DNA of 64,000 nucleotides, from contig NC_087437.1 in NCBI RefSeq assembly GCF_036321535.1, forward strand, positions 33,854,001 to 33,918,000, read 5' to 3'. The notes beneath the pieces are model-generated. The model was not told the origin of the DNA. It searched no databases and saw nothing but the letters and a program-made list of their open reading frames with translations. This stretch comes from Camelus dromedarius (taxonomy: Eukaryota). Below, in pieces: positions 11,512-22,860 of the stretch (its first letter is position 1; every line of letters starts with the position of its first letter). A program made the translations under genes and the position numbers.

Positions 11512-12419
11512 TCATACAAAAGTGAATCAAATTCAGCCCCTTCGGGGAGAGAAGTCAAGATTTAATGGAGCAATATCTAAGAACCTTAGGACAATACCTG
11601 CTATAGGTGTTCATAAGGAGGTTACTGTTCTGATTTCCAGAAGAATTTCTTGTTACCCAAGAACTCCCAACCAAGTGGAATTTGTTCCTTTGGCGAACTT
11701 GCTGTGATCCGAAGTCTGTGGCTCGGCTTTGCAATTTCTAACACCGGATTCTGTAAGCACATCACGAGTGGCTCTGAGCCTCTGGGGCAGACGCCCATTA
11801 GCCAAGCCCACGAGATGCAGAATGCCAGCAGACTCAGTCACAACGAGAGCTATTACTGTCACGCAACCCAGAACGCTCCGCCGGCACGTTCTCTCCCCGG
11901 AGGCGCGTCTACGTGGGAAGTCGATTTGTAATCAGAAGGTAGCGTGGTGAGCACACCACGGACACGAGGAAATAGGTGATTTGAATGTTTAATGGCATCA
12001 GGCTATCAGGGCTGGTTGCATTCTTCCGTCATAATATAAATGTCCTTGATTAGCTGCAAAACTTCATAATTTTAGACTCCTTCTGCCCATGACTGTGATT
12101 GGCTAGTTTTCTGGTCATTTTCTCTGACTCTTTTTTTTTTTTTTTTCCGTAATCCGCCTCTCTAATTGACGTTTTTTTTCCTTACGTTTGTTTCATGTAT
12201 TTTAATACATTTACAAAGCCTTTTATCTACTGTTTCATGGAGGCCTAGGATCCCTCTTTTCTCATCCAATGTGTGTTAAGTTTTATGATTTGACCCTAAG
12301 AGATCTATCTTATTGACCTCCTTCCTCTATCTAGGGGCAGAGGTGCGTGAACAGGGCAGAGGGAGCCCTTCACTATTGCCCCATTTACTAATAACGGTTA
12401 CAGTGACACACTCTTCCCT

Positions 12420-12770
12420 TTCCCCATTCAGCATAGGCACATTTCTAGGTTGTCAGTGTCCATCTGAAAATGCCCCACCTGGAATTAAACAGTATTCCAG
12501 GCATGTTTTGATGTGCTCCCAGAAACTACCACCTGTCCACTCATGTTTTTCAGGCACTATACTTCTAATAATATACCCTAAGATAGAGTTAGTTTTCTCA
12601 GCAGCACAATTGCACTGTTGATTTTTCTTGAGCTTCAAATAAACTAAATCTCTTAAATTGTCGTGTTAAGTTAACCTACATCTTCCTGGCTTTTGAGTGG
12701 TATTTTTCATTTGTTCCCATTTAATTTCATTTTGCATGCTTTGGCCATCAATACAGCCTACAAACATGTA
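12420..12770 (-). mobile_element. CR1/L3 LINE relic (RT C-terminal region)
   Basis: ORF 12453-12638(-) reads KLKKNQQCNCAAEKTNSILGYIIRSIV...LEYC, matching CR1 KLNMSQQCALAAKKANSILGCIxRSV...HLEYC. The segment at 12700-12760 resembles the CR1 W-A-x-x-N-x-M-K-F-N region. Confidence 0.8.
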
Positions 12771-12947
12771 AAAACTGGTTTGTCACCAATCAGGAACTAT
12801 GTAAACACCTGAGTACACATTATAGACTTAATTTCTACAACAAGTGATTATTTTCTCTACTTTGTTTAGATTGTCTATAATGCTGGTGAATAAATGCATC
12901 AGCCACAATCCTTTATGATCTTTTTCTCCTTGTCTGTTTGGAGCTTT

Positions 12948-13384
12948 TTTTTTTTAATTAAAGTGTACTTAGTTACAATATGTCAATTTCTGTTGTACAG
13001 CATAATGTTTCAGTCATACATATACATACATGTATTCATTTGCATATTCTTTTTCATTAAAGGTTACTACAAACTATTGAATATAGTTCCCTCTGCTATA
13101 CAGAAGAAATTTAGTTTTTTATCTATTTTTATACATAATGGTTAATATTTGCAAATCTCAAACTCCCAATTTACCCTTTCCCACCCCTTTACTATGTCTG
13201 TGAGTCTGTTTCTGTTTTGTAGATGAGTTCATTAATGTCTTCTTTTTCCTTTTTTTTTTCTTAGATTCCACATGTAAGTGATATCATATGGTGTTTTTCT
13301 TTCTCTTTCTGGCTTACTTCACTTAGAATGACGATCTCCAGGTCCATCCATGTTGCTGCAAGTGGCATTATTTTATTGTTTCCA
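12948..13384 (-). mobile_element. Young L1 3' fragment (5'-truncated)
   Basis: T-run followed by antisense 3'UTR (gttacaatatgtcaatttctgttgtacagc...ccaggtccatccatgttgctgc). TSD tttggagcttt at 12937-12947 and 13385-13395. Confidence 0.92.
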
Positions 13385-13944
13385 TTTGGAGCTTTGCATG
13401 AGCCATTTTTCTTTTGCACTGTGACCCCAGAAGGATTGAAACAAGATTAGCTAAAATGCTTATCTCACATTAATCAATAAACAGGTCTATAAAGGTATTT
13501 ATTGCTTCCAAAGTAAACAAGGTAAAACACAATTCTGCAAACCGAATAATGCCCACTAAATTCAAATTAAAAGCCGGCTTCATTATTTTACAAAATCACA
13601 AGATTATTCTTGTTTTCCTTACTTTTTCAAGTTTGGTGCCAATCTTGTGGCACTTGAAATATAAGCATTCTGAAACATGGGGTAGCAAGAATCAGATTAT
13701 CAGCCAGACAAAATTGTTGAAGACTTGCCAAATGCTAAAAACTCTGGGGAGTAGAAGCTGAAGCAGACAAAGATCCTGTCTACAAGGAGCTAACACGCTA
13801 GTTAGGAAAAAAGACTATAATGAGACTATTGAACTGAATCTTGACACCTCTTTGACTGACTGGTCCTCAAGGCATAGCTAGGCCAGTAGCCCCCAAAAGT
13901 TTGAGGTAGAGAACGTCCACTTTAACCATACATTGCCTTGATTT

Positions 13945-13976
13945 TTTGTTTGTTTGTTTGTTTGTTTGTTTGTTTT
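13945..13976. repeat. (TTTG)n microsatellite
   Basis: tttgtttgtttgtttgtttgtttgtttgtttt. Confidence 0.9.
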
Positions 13977-14399
13977 ACCCAATAAATCACAATTCTAATG
14001 GGGAAAAAAGGCAGAGATAAGTTTTTATCATTTTCATAAATTCTTAAGAGGACAAGGCAGTCCATATAGACCAGAACTGGAGAAACCATGACTCAAGCAT
14101 AAACTTGAGAAAGAGCTTTCCCTCCAATTAATACCCCCCAACCCCAGCTTGACCCTCTGATTAGATTTATCTGAAACAAGAAATGCTGCCTATTATACTC
14201 ACCAACAAAATCTAAGCCCTAGGACTTTGCTGAGCCAAAAAGTACCCATCCATGGACATCTACAAAAATATAGGTTGACTCTTGCCTTATATCTATATTG
14301 TCAAGAAAACAACTCAGAACGTCCTTCCCAGAGCAGTGTGATAGGCTATTCTCAGCATAAATGCCAGTTCACAGTGTAGAGTGGAAAGATAGCTGGCAA

Positions 14400-14815
14400 C
14401 CTCCAGAATGACCGTTGTGACCTTCCAACAATTTACAGATTCTGCCTCCACCAGGCAGCCCCTCCCTGTATGTTTAGGTAGCTCTTTCTCACTGCAGTGT
14501 GGAGGATGGACTGGGGGAGGAGGGTGTACCACTGTCATAACCCAGCAAAAAGATGATGTAGTATCTGTGTCGGTAGGAATGGAGATGAGATATGGATCTC
14601 AGAAATATTAATGAGTGAAAAGAAATAGGATTTGGCCATGTATTGGATGTACAGAATAAGGATAGGAATCAAAAAGTTGTGCCCAGATTTCAGGGCTGGG
14701 TGACTAGATGAAGGTGCCACTTGCTCTGGAGAAGAGAAGATCTAAATGAGAAGATAATGTGTTCTTCTGTTAAGATTTTATTTAGAGCCTATATAGACTA
14801 TCAAAATGGGTTTGT
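14400..14815 (-). mobile_element. L2 LINE fragment (continues at ~17680-17870 and ~18350-18700)
   Basis: ggaatggagatgagatatggatctcagaaatatt...aggatttggccatgtattggatgt...cccagatttcagggctgggtgactagatgaaggtgccac. Further L2-like sequence resumes after the LTR16/L1 inserts. Confidence 0.7.
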
Positions 14816-14880
14816 TCGTGTCTTGGGGTGGGTTCTCCCAAACAGATTATGACTCAAGAATTCATGTGCAAGTGATTTTT

Positions 14881-15229
14881 TTCTTTTCCATTATAGTTTA
14901 TTACAAGATATTGACTATAATTCCTTGTGCTATACAGTAGGACCTTATCTATTTTAAATCTAGTAGCATGTATCTGCTAATCCCAAATACCTAATGTATC
15001 CCTCCCTCCCCTTTGGTAACCTAAGTTTGTTTTGTATGTCTGTGAGTATGTTTCTATTTTGTAAATACGTTCATTTGTGTCATTTCTTTATATTCCACAT
15101 ATAAGTGATATCATGTGATATTTGTATTTCTCTTTCTGGCTTATTTCACTTAATATAATAATCTCTAGGTCCAGCAGTGTTGCTGCAAATGGCATTACTT
15201 CATTTATTTTTATGGCTGAGTAATATTCC

Positions 15230-15264
<35 letters not shown>

Positions 15265-16761
15265 ATATATATACATACACCACATCTTCCTTATCCATTC
15301 ATCTGTTGATGGACACTTAGGTTGTTTACATGTCTTGGCTACTGTAAATAGTGCTACTATGAACACTGGGGCTCAAGTATCTTTTCAAATTAAAGTTTTC
15401 ATCTTTTCCAGATGTACGCCCAGGAGTGGGATTGCTGGATCATATGGTAACTCTGTTTTTAGTTTTCTTAAGGAACCTTCATACTGTTCTCCATAGTAGC
15501 TGCACCAATTTACATCCCCACCAGTGTAGGAGGGTTCTCCTTTCTCCACATCCTCTCCAGCATTTATTATTTGTAGACTTTTTGGTGATGGACATTCTGA
15601 CCAGTGTGAGGTGATACTTTATTGTAGTTTTGATTTGCATTTCTGTTATAATTAGCAATGTTGAGCATCTTTTCATGTGCTTGTTGGCCATCTGTATGTG
15701 TTCTTTGGAGAGATGTCTGTTTAGGTTTTCTGCCCATTTGGGGGGAAGGGGTTGTTTTGTTTTTTTGATATTAAGCTGTATGAGCTGTTTGTATATTTTG
15801 GAAATTAAGCCCTTGTCATTCACATCATTCGCAAATATTTTTCTCCCATTCCATAGGTTGTCTTTTCATTTTGTTTATGGTTTTCTTTGCTGTGTAGAAG
15901 CTTGTAAGTTTGATTATTTTGCTTGTATTTCTGTTACCTTAGAAACTGACCTAAGGAAGCATTGCTATGATTTATGTCAAAGAATGTTTTGCTTTATGTT
16001 CTCTTCTAGGAGTTTTATGGTATCACGTCATATTTAAGTCTTTAAGTGATTTCAAGTTTATTTTTGTGTGTGGTGTGAGGGAGTATTCTAACTTTGTTGA
16101 TTTACATGCAGCTGTCCAGGTTTCCCAGCGCCATTTGCTGAAGAGCCTGTCTTCTCTGCATTGTATATTCTTGCCTTACTTGTTAGAAGATTAATTGACC
16201 ATAGGTCTGTCAATTTATTTCTGGGTTCTCTATTCTGTTCCATTGATCCATGTGTCTGTTTTTGTGCCAATACAATGCTGTTTTGATTACTGTAGCTCTG
16301 TAGTATTGTCTGAAGTCTGGGAGGGTTATTCCTTCAGCTTCATTCTTTTTCTTCAGTATTGCTTTGGCAATTCTAGGTCTTTTGTGATTCCACATAAGTT
16401 TTAGTATTATTAGTTCTAGCTCTGTGAAAAATGTCCAGGGTAATTTGATAGGGATCGCATTAAATCTGTAAATTGCTTGGGTAGTATGGCCATTATAACA
16501 ATATTAATTCTTCCAATCCAAGAGCATAGGATATCTTTCCATTTATTTGAATCATCTTCAGTTTCCTTTATCAATGTTTTATAGTTCTCACTGTACAAGT
16601 CTTTCACTTCTTGGTCAGGTTTATTCCTAAGTATATAATTTTTTTCACATGATTCTGAAAGGGATTTTTTTTTTTTTTTTACTTTCCCTTTCTAGTATTT
16701 CATTGTTCGTGTAAGGAAATGCAACAGATTTCTGTATGTTAATCTTGTATCTTGCTACCTG
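14881..16761 (-). mobile_element. Young L1, 1.9-kb 3' fragment with disrupted ORF2 C-terminus
   Basis: Minus-strand ORFs give canonical L1 ORF2 peptides ([91 protein letters not shown]), broken by frameshifts. TSD tgtgcaagtgattttt (14865-14880) / tgtgcaaatgattttt (16762-16777). Confidence 0.97.
15232..15260. repeat. (TG)14 microsatellite inside L1
   Basis: Direct read of the sequence. Confidence 0.95.
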
Positions 16762-16989
16762 TGTGCAAATGATTTTTAAGTAATTTTTAAATAAAGTTCT
16801 CCCAGAGGAGACTAGTTAGGGAGTGGGGAAGGGGAGGGAGTCAAACAAGTATATGGTCTCAGCCAAAAGTTCTACAGAGCTCAGGCTTTAGCCAGACCCA
16901 CAGGGGAATCCTGATGGGTAGGATACAGGTCCCAGCTCCCCACCTGTGACAGCATGAAATCCAGTGAGCCACTTAGGCCCATTTTCAAG

Positions 16990-17420
16990 AGAGAAACTTC
17001 CACTGGGAGTTCAATTAGCTGATAGCAATTAGCTGTTGGTGCTTTCAGCCTCAGCTGGAAAACCGAGACAATGTGCCCCCCACGAAGCCTCTAGCCAACA
17101 GTTGAGCACACAGGTATAATTATAATGACTCACCATTTCTGGGACTCCTCTACAGACAATCTTTACACTGGAGCACCCCGGTGGACTAGCTGAGACTTTC
17201 CCAGCACTGCATGGCAATCTGAGTCTCAGTCTATCCCATCTCTCTTCCTCCTCTCTCACCTTCCACAGGTGTCAGATCAATTCTTAGTCTAAATGTTTCT
17301 CTGCCTACTTTCACTCTCCCTGTCTTTTATCTTTTATAGTCATTACCCTCCAATAATTACTTGTACTTCTAATTCCATCTTGACATCTGCTCCTTGGCAG
17401 ACCCAACATACCACTCAACA
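16990..17420 (+). mobile_element. ERVL LTR16-family LTR fragment
   Basis: gctgagactttcccagcactgcatggcaatctgag...ttccacaggtgtcagatc...ccaataattacttgtacttctaattccatcttgacatctgctccttggcagacccaac resembles the LTR16 3' end. Confidence 0.65.
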
Positions 17421-17880
17421 TAAGGGACCTGGGTTTTCATACTCTAGAGCCAGCAGTCAATGGTTAAGAGTTGACAATGGGGCAGGTTGGGGTGGTGGCG
17501 TAACTCCCAGGAAGTTACAGCTCTCCATGGATGTACACAAAACTGCTCTGGTCATCAGAGGACATCCCTCTGAAAAAAAGCACAAGGACAGGCTTTGAGA
17601 GTGGGGCTGTGACACACAGCAATACTAAAAGGGACTCATGGGTTCTGGGCAGAGCACCAGCATTGTCTGCTACATTTAGAAGCAAGTTAGGTATCTGCAT
17701 AGGTCTGGGCACAGAGAGAGAGATCTGGGCTAGAGATTGGAAGCTATTAGCATGTGGCTATTGAGTGAAGACTAGAAGATAAGGGAACCAAGACTGAATA
17801 CATGGAGGGTGTTATGGGAGGATAGACAACAGCCAAGGAAAAAAACAGAAAGTAAATCAACATTTAAAGGGCAGACAGAC

Positions 17881-18339
17881 AAAAAAAAGAATGAAAATAA
17901 TGCCATTTTCAGCAACATGGATGGACCTAGAGATTACCATACTAAGTGAAGTAAGTCAGACAGAGAAAGACAAATACTATATGGCATCACTTATATGTGG
18001 AATCTAAAGTATGATGCAAATAAACTTATTTACAAAACAGAAACAGACTCACAGACATAAAAAACTTATGGTTACCAAAGGGGACAAGCGGTGGGAGAAG
18101 GATAAATTAGGAGTCTGGAATTAGCAGATATAAACTACTATATATATAAAAAAGATAAACAACAAGCACCTAATGTATAGCACAGGGAACTATATTCAAT
18201 ATCCTGTAATAAACCATAATAGAAAAGAATATGAAAAAGAATATATATGTATAATGAATCACTTTACTGAACACCAGAAACTAACACAACATTATAAATC
18301 AACTATACTTCAATAAAATTTGTTTATGAATAAATAAAT
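17881..18339 (+). mobile_element. Young L1 3' fragment
   Basis: aagaatgaaaataatgccattttcagcaacatggatggacctagag...aaatcaactatacttcaataaa plus A-rich tail. Approximate TSD taaagggcagacaga / taaagggcaggcata. Confidence 0.92.
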
Positions 18340-19497
18340 AAAGGGCAGGCATATAGAAAAGAAGAGAAGTTAGGGAGGGGGGAAAAGCAGAAAGGTAGAA
18401 GAAATCAGAAGAGGGTGTTGTTAGGGAAAGCCAAGAGGAAAGAGAAATCCAGAGATGGACAATGGCAAATGCTTCTGAGGTAGAGCAAGGTCACGAATGA
18501 AATGAGTTCAATGGTGAGGATGGGGAAGCGGGAGGAGAGAGGGTCCACCTGCCAGAGAGTTGAATGGGAAATGAGGTGGAGACCCAAAGTGCCCAGTGAT
18601 CTTTCAGGATCCTTGTCACCTAATTGAAGGAGACAGACAGAGCCATGGGGGAAAGGAATGTGGATCCTTCTCAGGTTCTTTGTGGTTAGAGGGACATGTA
18701 CTTGTCAGAATTTTCAGCACTAGCAGTAAACTTCTTATAGAGAAGTGACTCCATGACAGCTCCGTCCCTGTTTGAAGTGCTGGCCAGCAGCGTCTGTCAG
18801 AACAAATGACTTCGCTAATTGTGTGTCTTCGTAGCCATTGCACTTTGCCCTGGAAAGCCATTATAGCTAATGTTCCAGTGCTTTTTACTGCTTTTACCCA
18901 CTAGACTGGTCCCAGATAATACAATTGTTCAGAACTGTTCTTCTTTCTATGTCCTGTCTAGAGAAGCTCAAGTGATGTAGTTGCTGACAGAAACAAAAAT
19001 GGAAAACCACCAGAACTAAATCCCCATCTGTCCCAGTTTGGTTTCTTTGGGAAGCAGGAAAGATTGAACGGTTTTAAATTTCCTGTCTTCAAAAACCTTC
19101 CCCGCCCTGGGGGTGGCCAACAAATAGGCTTTCTTCCTCAGGGTCACAGGGAAATTGATTTATCCAGTGATCTCTGCCCAGAAGACAGCTAATGAAGCAA
19201 GTGAGAGGCAAACCACTTCTGCTAAATCCCACCAGGTCAGTGACATGGACTCACCCATGGCTCAATTTTTTCAGAAAGTGACCACCATGTTGGCGCTGGG
19301 GGAGCCGCAAGAGCTTCCTGAAGGGAACAGGAATGGAAGGAGGGAAACTGGAATTGTCACAGAATCCCTGGCACACGCCTCTCCACTCCCAGCCCCCAGC
19401 TTCCCTTCTCTGAAAAATGGGAGGCTTCTTCCCGGAGTTATGGCCTCGTCCTTGACAGCAGGTCACGTGCTCCTGCTGACCTGCAGGCAGGGAATCC

Positions 19498-19730
19498 AGT
19501 CGTGGTTAAGAGCACGACTATAGGGCCAAGCAGACTAGCCCCGTGCCTACCATTCGCTGTATTAGCTGCAGCAAGTTTTTTACATCTCTCTGCCTTGTTT
19601 CCCATTACTTAAAATAAGATCAATATCCCTACCTCGCAAGATGGTCTTGAGGATTGAATGGGATGCTGCCTGGAACACATTTAGCACAGTGTAGGCACAT
19701 AATTGTTCAATCAACAGTAGCTAACAGTAT
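19498..19730 (+). mobile_element. MIR SINE
   Basis: gtcgtggttaagagcacgacta...ctctctgccttgtttcccattacttaaaataag...gaggattgaatggg...ttagcacagtgtaggcacataattgttcaat. Confidence 0.85.
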
Positions 19731-19794
19731 GATTATTTTTTTTTAAAGGAGAGTACTTTTCTTATGGTACTCATGGAACATTGTCTCTTCGCAT

Positions 19795-20200
19795 TGTCAG
19801 TTTGTGTCTACTTTCTTTATGCTGATTTGCACACACACCTCCAAATCCATTCCCTGCCCTTCTCTGTTCCCCGGAAGCTGACCTCTGTGGACAGCCTCTA
19901 CCAGGCACCCTGGATCCCTGGCTTAGTTACACCAGGGTTCTGCTAGTGGAACACGCTAGCAGAACAAGGTCAGAATCTTTCTCCCCCGCTTCCCCTCAGT
20001 GTTGGCAGGCTGCCTCTAGCTGTGGCTGGGTCCCTCTTTCAGGCAGCAACCATTCCCCAACTCCAGCTCTCAGGGCTCCAAGTAATACTCTCCTCGCTGC
20101 CTCCCTCTGGATTACTTGCAGGTGAAAGAGGAGTTCTATCCAGTTACTATCTTTGCATCTTCAGTCGCTTGGTCCTGAAATTATCCTAATTAAATGTCCC
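19795..20200 (+). mobile_element. ERVL LTR33-like solo LTR
   Basis: ctccaaatccattccctgccc...ggaagctgacctctgtggacagc...gctgtggctgggtccctct...ccagctctcagggctcc. Confidence 0.6.
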
Positions 20201-20589
20201 ACCTCCATCTTCCCCACTTCTTGGAGACAGAAGACAGACAGAATGGGAGTTGACTGTACGGGTCAAGAACCCTGGTGAGAGGATTCCAGGGGGAGAAGTT
20301 AGAGATTTAGATATCTGCATTCACTTCAGCAGCAATAAAACAGAGGGGTTTGACTCAGCCATTTGATCCCAAGGGCATTTGTCTCTGTCGCTTTATAACC
20401 CACGTTTTTTAGCCCCTCTGTACATTCAAGAACTCAGCAATGATTCCTTAGGACTTGGTTGGTCTCTAATGTCTGTCTCTCTCAGTCTCCATTTTCTATT
20501 GCTCACTCTCTCTTTATCACAGGTGTTCATAGGTTCATCATGGATTAGCTAGGAGATAAATGCACACCACTAGTCTTTTATTCAAAGTC

Positions 20590-21110
20590 ATAATAAACTA
20601 TAGATGTTGATGGTTGAAAAAATCAATGCAAAACTGACAAAGGCTAAAACTGTACATTGTAAAATTAATATTAAATAAAAATGACAGAAAAACCAAATCT
20701 TCATCACAAAATTTTGACCTGCAAAAGTAGACTTAAAAAAATAACTCTGCAGAAATTATGGCCATCCAAAAATAATATCAGTACAATTTTATACAGGTGG
20801 AGAACTGATTGATGAATTAAATCTCTTCAATTTAAATGGAAAATAATTGAATCCAATACAAACAACTTCAGTTAATAAAAAAAAATTAAACAAAATAGAG
20901 ATAATGTAACTACATCATATGGAAAATTGATTAAGAGAGTCACATTGGCTTTATTGAAGTCCATTTCAGGGGTAGCTTCCTCAGTGAAAACTCATCAATG
21001 TTGTTATAGTTCTGATTAAAATATTTATCTTTAAAGCGGCCTCTGAGTCAAACCAGTAGGCCCAAAGTGGAAAGGGCCCAAGAATCCTGTGTCACCTAAA
21101 GCAACCCTGA
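20590..21110 (-). mobile_element. Probable ancient hAT-Tip100-type DNA transposon fragment
   Basis: The minus strand near 20975-21012 reads NYNNIDEFSLRK, resembling the hAT-Tip100 C-terminal 'IIDEFA.RK' motif. AT-rich body with a CAGGG-type terminus at ~21109. Confidence 0.4.
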
Positions 21111-21689
21111 ATATACAACCTCCAGATAGTTCTGGTTGCATCCATATTTCTAGAAATTCTATTTTCCCAAGACACCGGTACACTCTACTTACTTTAATAG
21201 CATGGTTGCTTTTTTTTTTTTAGAATCATGCACAAGCCCTATAAAATCACAAGCCATCATCCTGGAGTTTGTAACTCAATTTTTTAAAATTCATATTCTC
21301 AAAGAATCATTGAGCTGGAAGGACTCTGAGAAATCATCTGGTATAAACTATCCAAGACAGATGGTGGTCTGTCCCCTCTTGTTCCTCCCTGAAGCATGCT
21401 AGAGATGGAAGAGAATGAATAACAAGAAATAAACACTGTTGGCAGGAGAAAACAAAAACTGTACATTTGAAATCAGGAAAAAAGGAGAAAATTCCAAACT
21501 GCCATTCATAATTATACCTTTTAATGATTTTACTTGTGTTTATATAATCATTTTATGACTAGCCCACCAATGTTTTATCAGAAATAGAACATAATATCAA
21601 AAACTATGAAATAAAAGATTTGTTATAAAAGTTACATATTCATAAAATTACTTAAAGTATTAATTAGGTAATGAGAGAAGTCCTAGAGC

Positions 21690-22080
21690 AAGTACCCTGG
21701 CTCACTCTTAGTACAGCTATAAATTTTCACAACCTTTGGGGAAGATAAACAGGTAGTATTTATTAGAATTTAAAATGTGCATATTCTTTGACCCCCAAAA
21801 GCCCAATTCTGAGAAAAATAAAAGTGCTAGTGCATAGAGATTTATGCACAGGTCTGTTTCTTGTTTATAATGGCAAAAAAAAAAAAAAAAAAAAGGAACC
21901 TATATGTTCATCACAGGAGAGTAGTTGTACAAAGTATGATACATCCATCTGACAGAAAGCAATGCCACCATCCACCAGAATAGTTTAGTTCTGTTCATTG
22001 CACTGGAAAGAGGTCAATGACATTTGTTAGGTAGGTGAAAAAGTTTTAGGAAACATATGGTACAATCCCCCTTACATAAA
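21690..22080 (+). mobile_element. Old L1ME 3' fragment
   Basis: tttaaaatgtgcatattctttgaccc...ttgtttataatggcaaaa...aacctatatgttcatcacaggaga...tatgatacatccat. Confidence 0.7.
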
Positions 22081-22104
22081 CCAAGCAGAAAAGCTATGTG
22101 TGAG

Positions 22105-22243
22105 AGACAGAGTAGCTTAGTAATTAAAACTACCTGAGTTGGGATACTAACTACTAGATATAAAATAGATAAACAACAAGCTTCTACTTGGGAAACACAG
22201 GGAACTATACTCAACATCTTGTAATAACCTGTAATGAAAACGA

Positions 22244-22288
<45 letters not shown>

Positions 22289-22860
22289 GCTGAAACATTG
22301 TACACCAGAAATTGACACAACGTTGTAAACTGACCACACTTCAATTAAAAAAAAAACTTTTTTAGACAGTTAAGTTCACAGAAAAGAAGGGAACTAATAT
22401 TCTCTGAATCTACTATGCTTCACTTACTGTATCAGCCAATTTCTATATTTTAATTTAATCCACAAAATAATACTACTGAGTAAAGATAATTCCTAATTGA
22501 TGGTATTAGGGAAACATATTATGGGAGAGGTCAGATAACTTGGACAAGATCAGACAACTAGTTTTGGAATAAAGGCCTCTTTGTCATAAACAATTGGAAT
22601 GTCCCTTATCCGGAAGTAAAATTTGATATCTTCAAAAAAAAAAAGACTATCTGAGTTTGAATATTTTGTCTGCTACACACTAACAGTGCGACTTTTGGTG
22701 AATGACTTGACCTCTCTCTACCTCGGCTTCCTAATCTATAAAATGGGGCTAAAACTTGTATTTTTCTCATAGGGTTACATGTGTAGCATAATATTTGCCC
22801 AGTCGTTTAAAAAATACCTAACATAGTCTAAGCACTACCAGAGTATTATTTGCTGTTATT
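22105..22860 (+). mobile_element. MIR SINE interrupted by an L1 plus transduced DNA (arms 22105-22142 and 22643-22860)
   Basis: The head agacagagtagcttagtaattaa..actacctgagtt continues after 22643 as gactatctgagtttgaat...gacttgacctctctctacctcggcttcctaatctataaaatgggg. Confidence 0.8.
22143..22356 (+). mobile_element. Young L1 3' end with (TA)16 and A10 tail
   Basis: actactagatataaaatagataaacaacaag...cacagggaactatactcaacatcttgtaataacc...ttgtaaactgaccacacttcaattAAAAAAAAAA; (TA)16 at 22251-22282. Confidence 0.92.

Larger units (their letters stand above)
14817..16950 (-). mobile_element. ERVL LTR16-family solo LTR split by an L1 (arms 14817-14880 and 16762-~16950)
   Basis: tgtcttggggtgggttctcccaaacagattatgactcaagaattcatgtgcaagtgattt...cccagaggagactagttagggagtggggaagggg matches the reverse-strand LTR16 end. 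Confidence 0.65.

Noticed and set aside
11082..11525. 147-aa ORF and overlapping ORFs
   Set aside because: Composed of L2 and MER2 sequence in a GC-rich, stop-poor patch.
15088..16607. ORFs with strong protein-like sequence (15088-16607; also 24582-24854, 34847-35059, 38393-38590)
   Set aside because: Frameshifted L1 ORF2 C-terminal remnants in 5'-truncated copies, not host genes.
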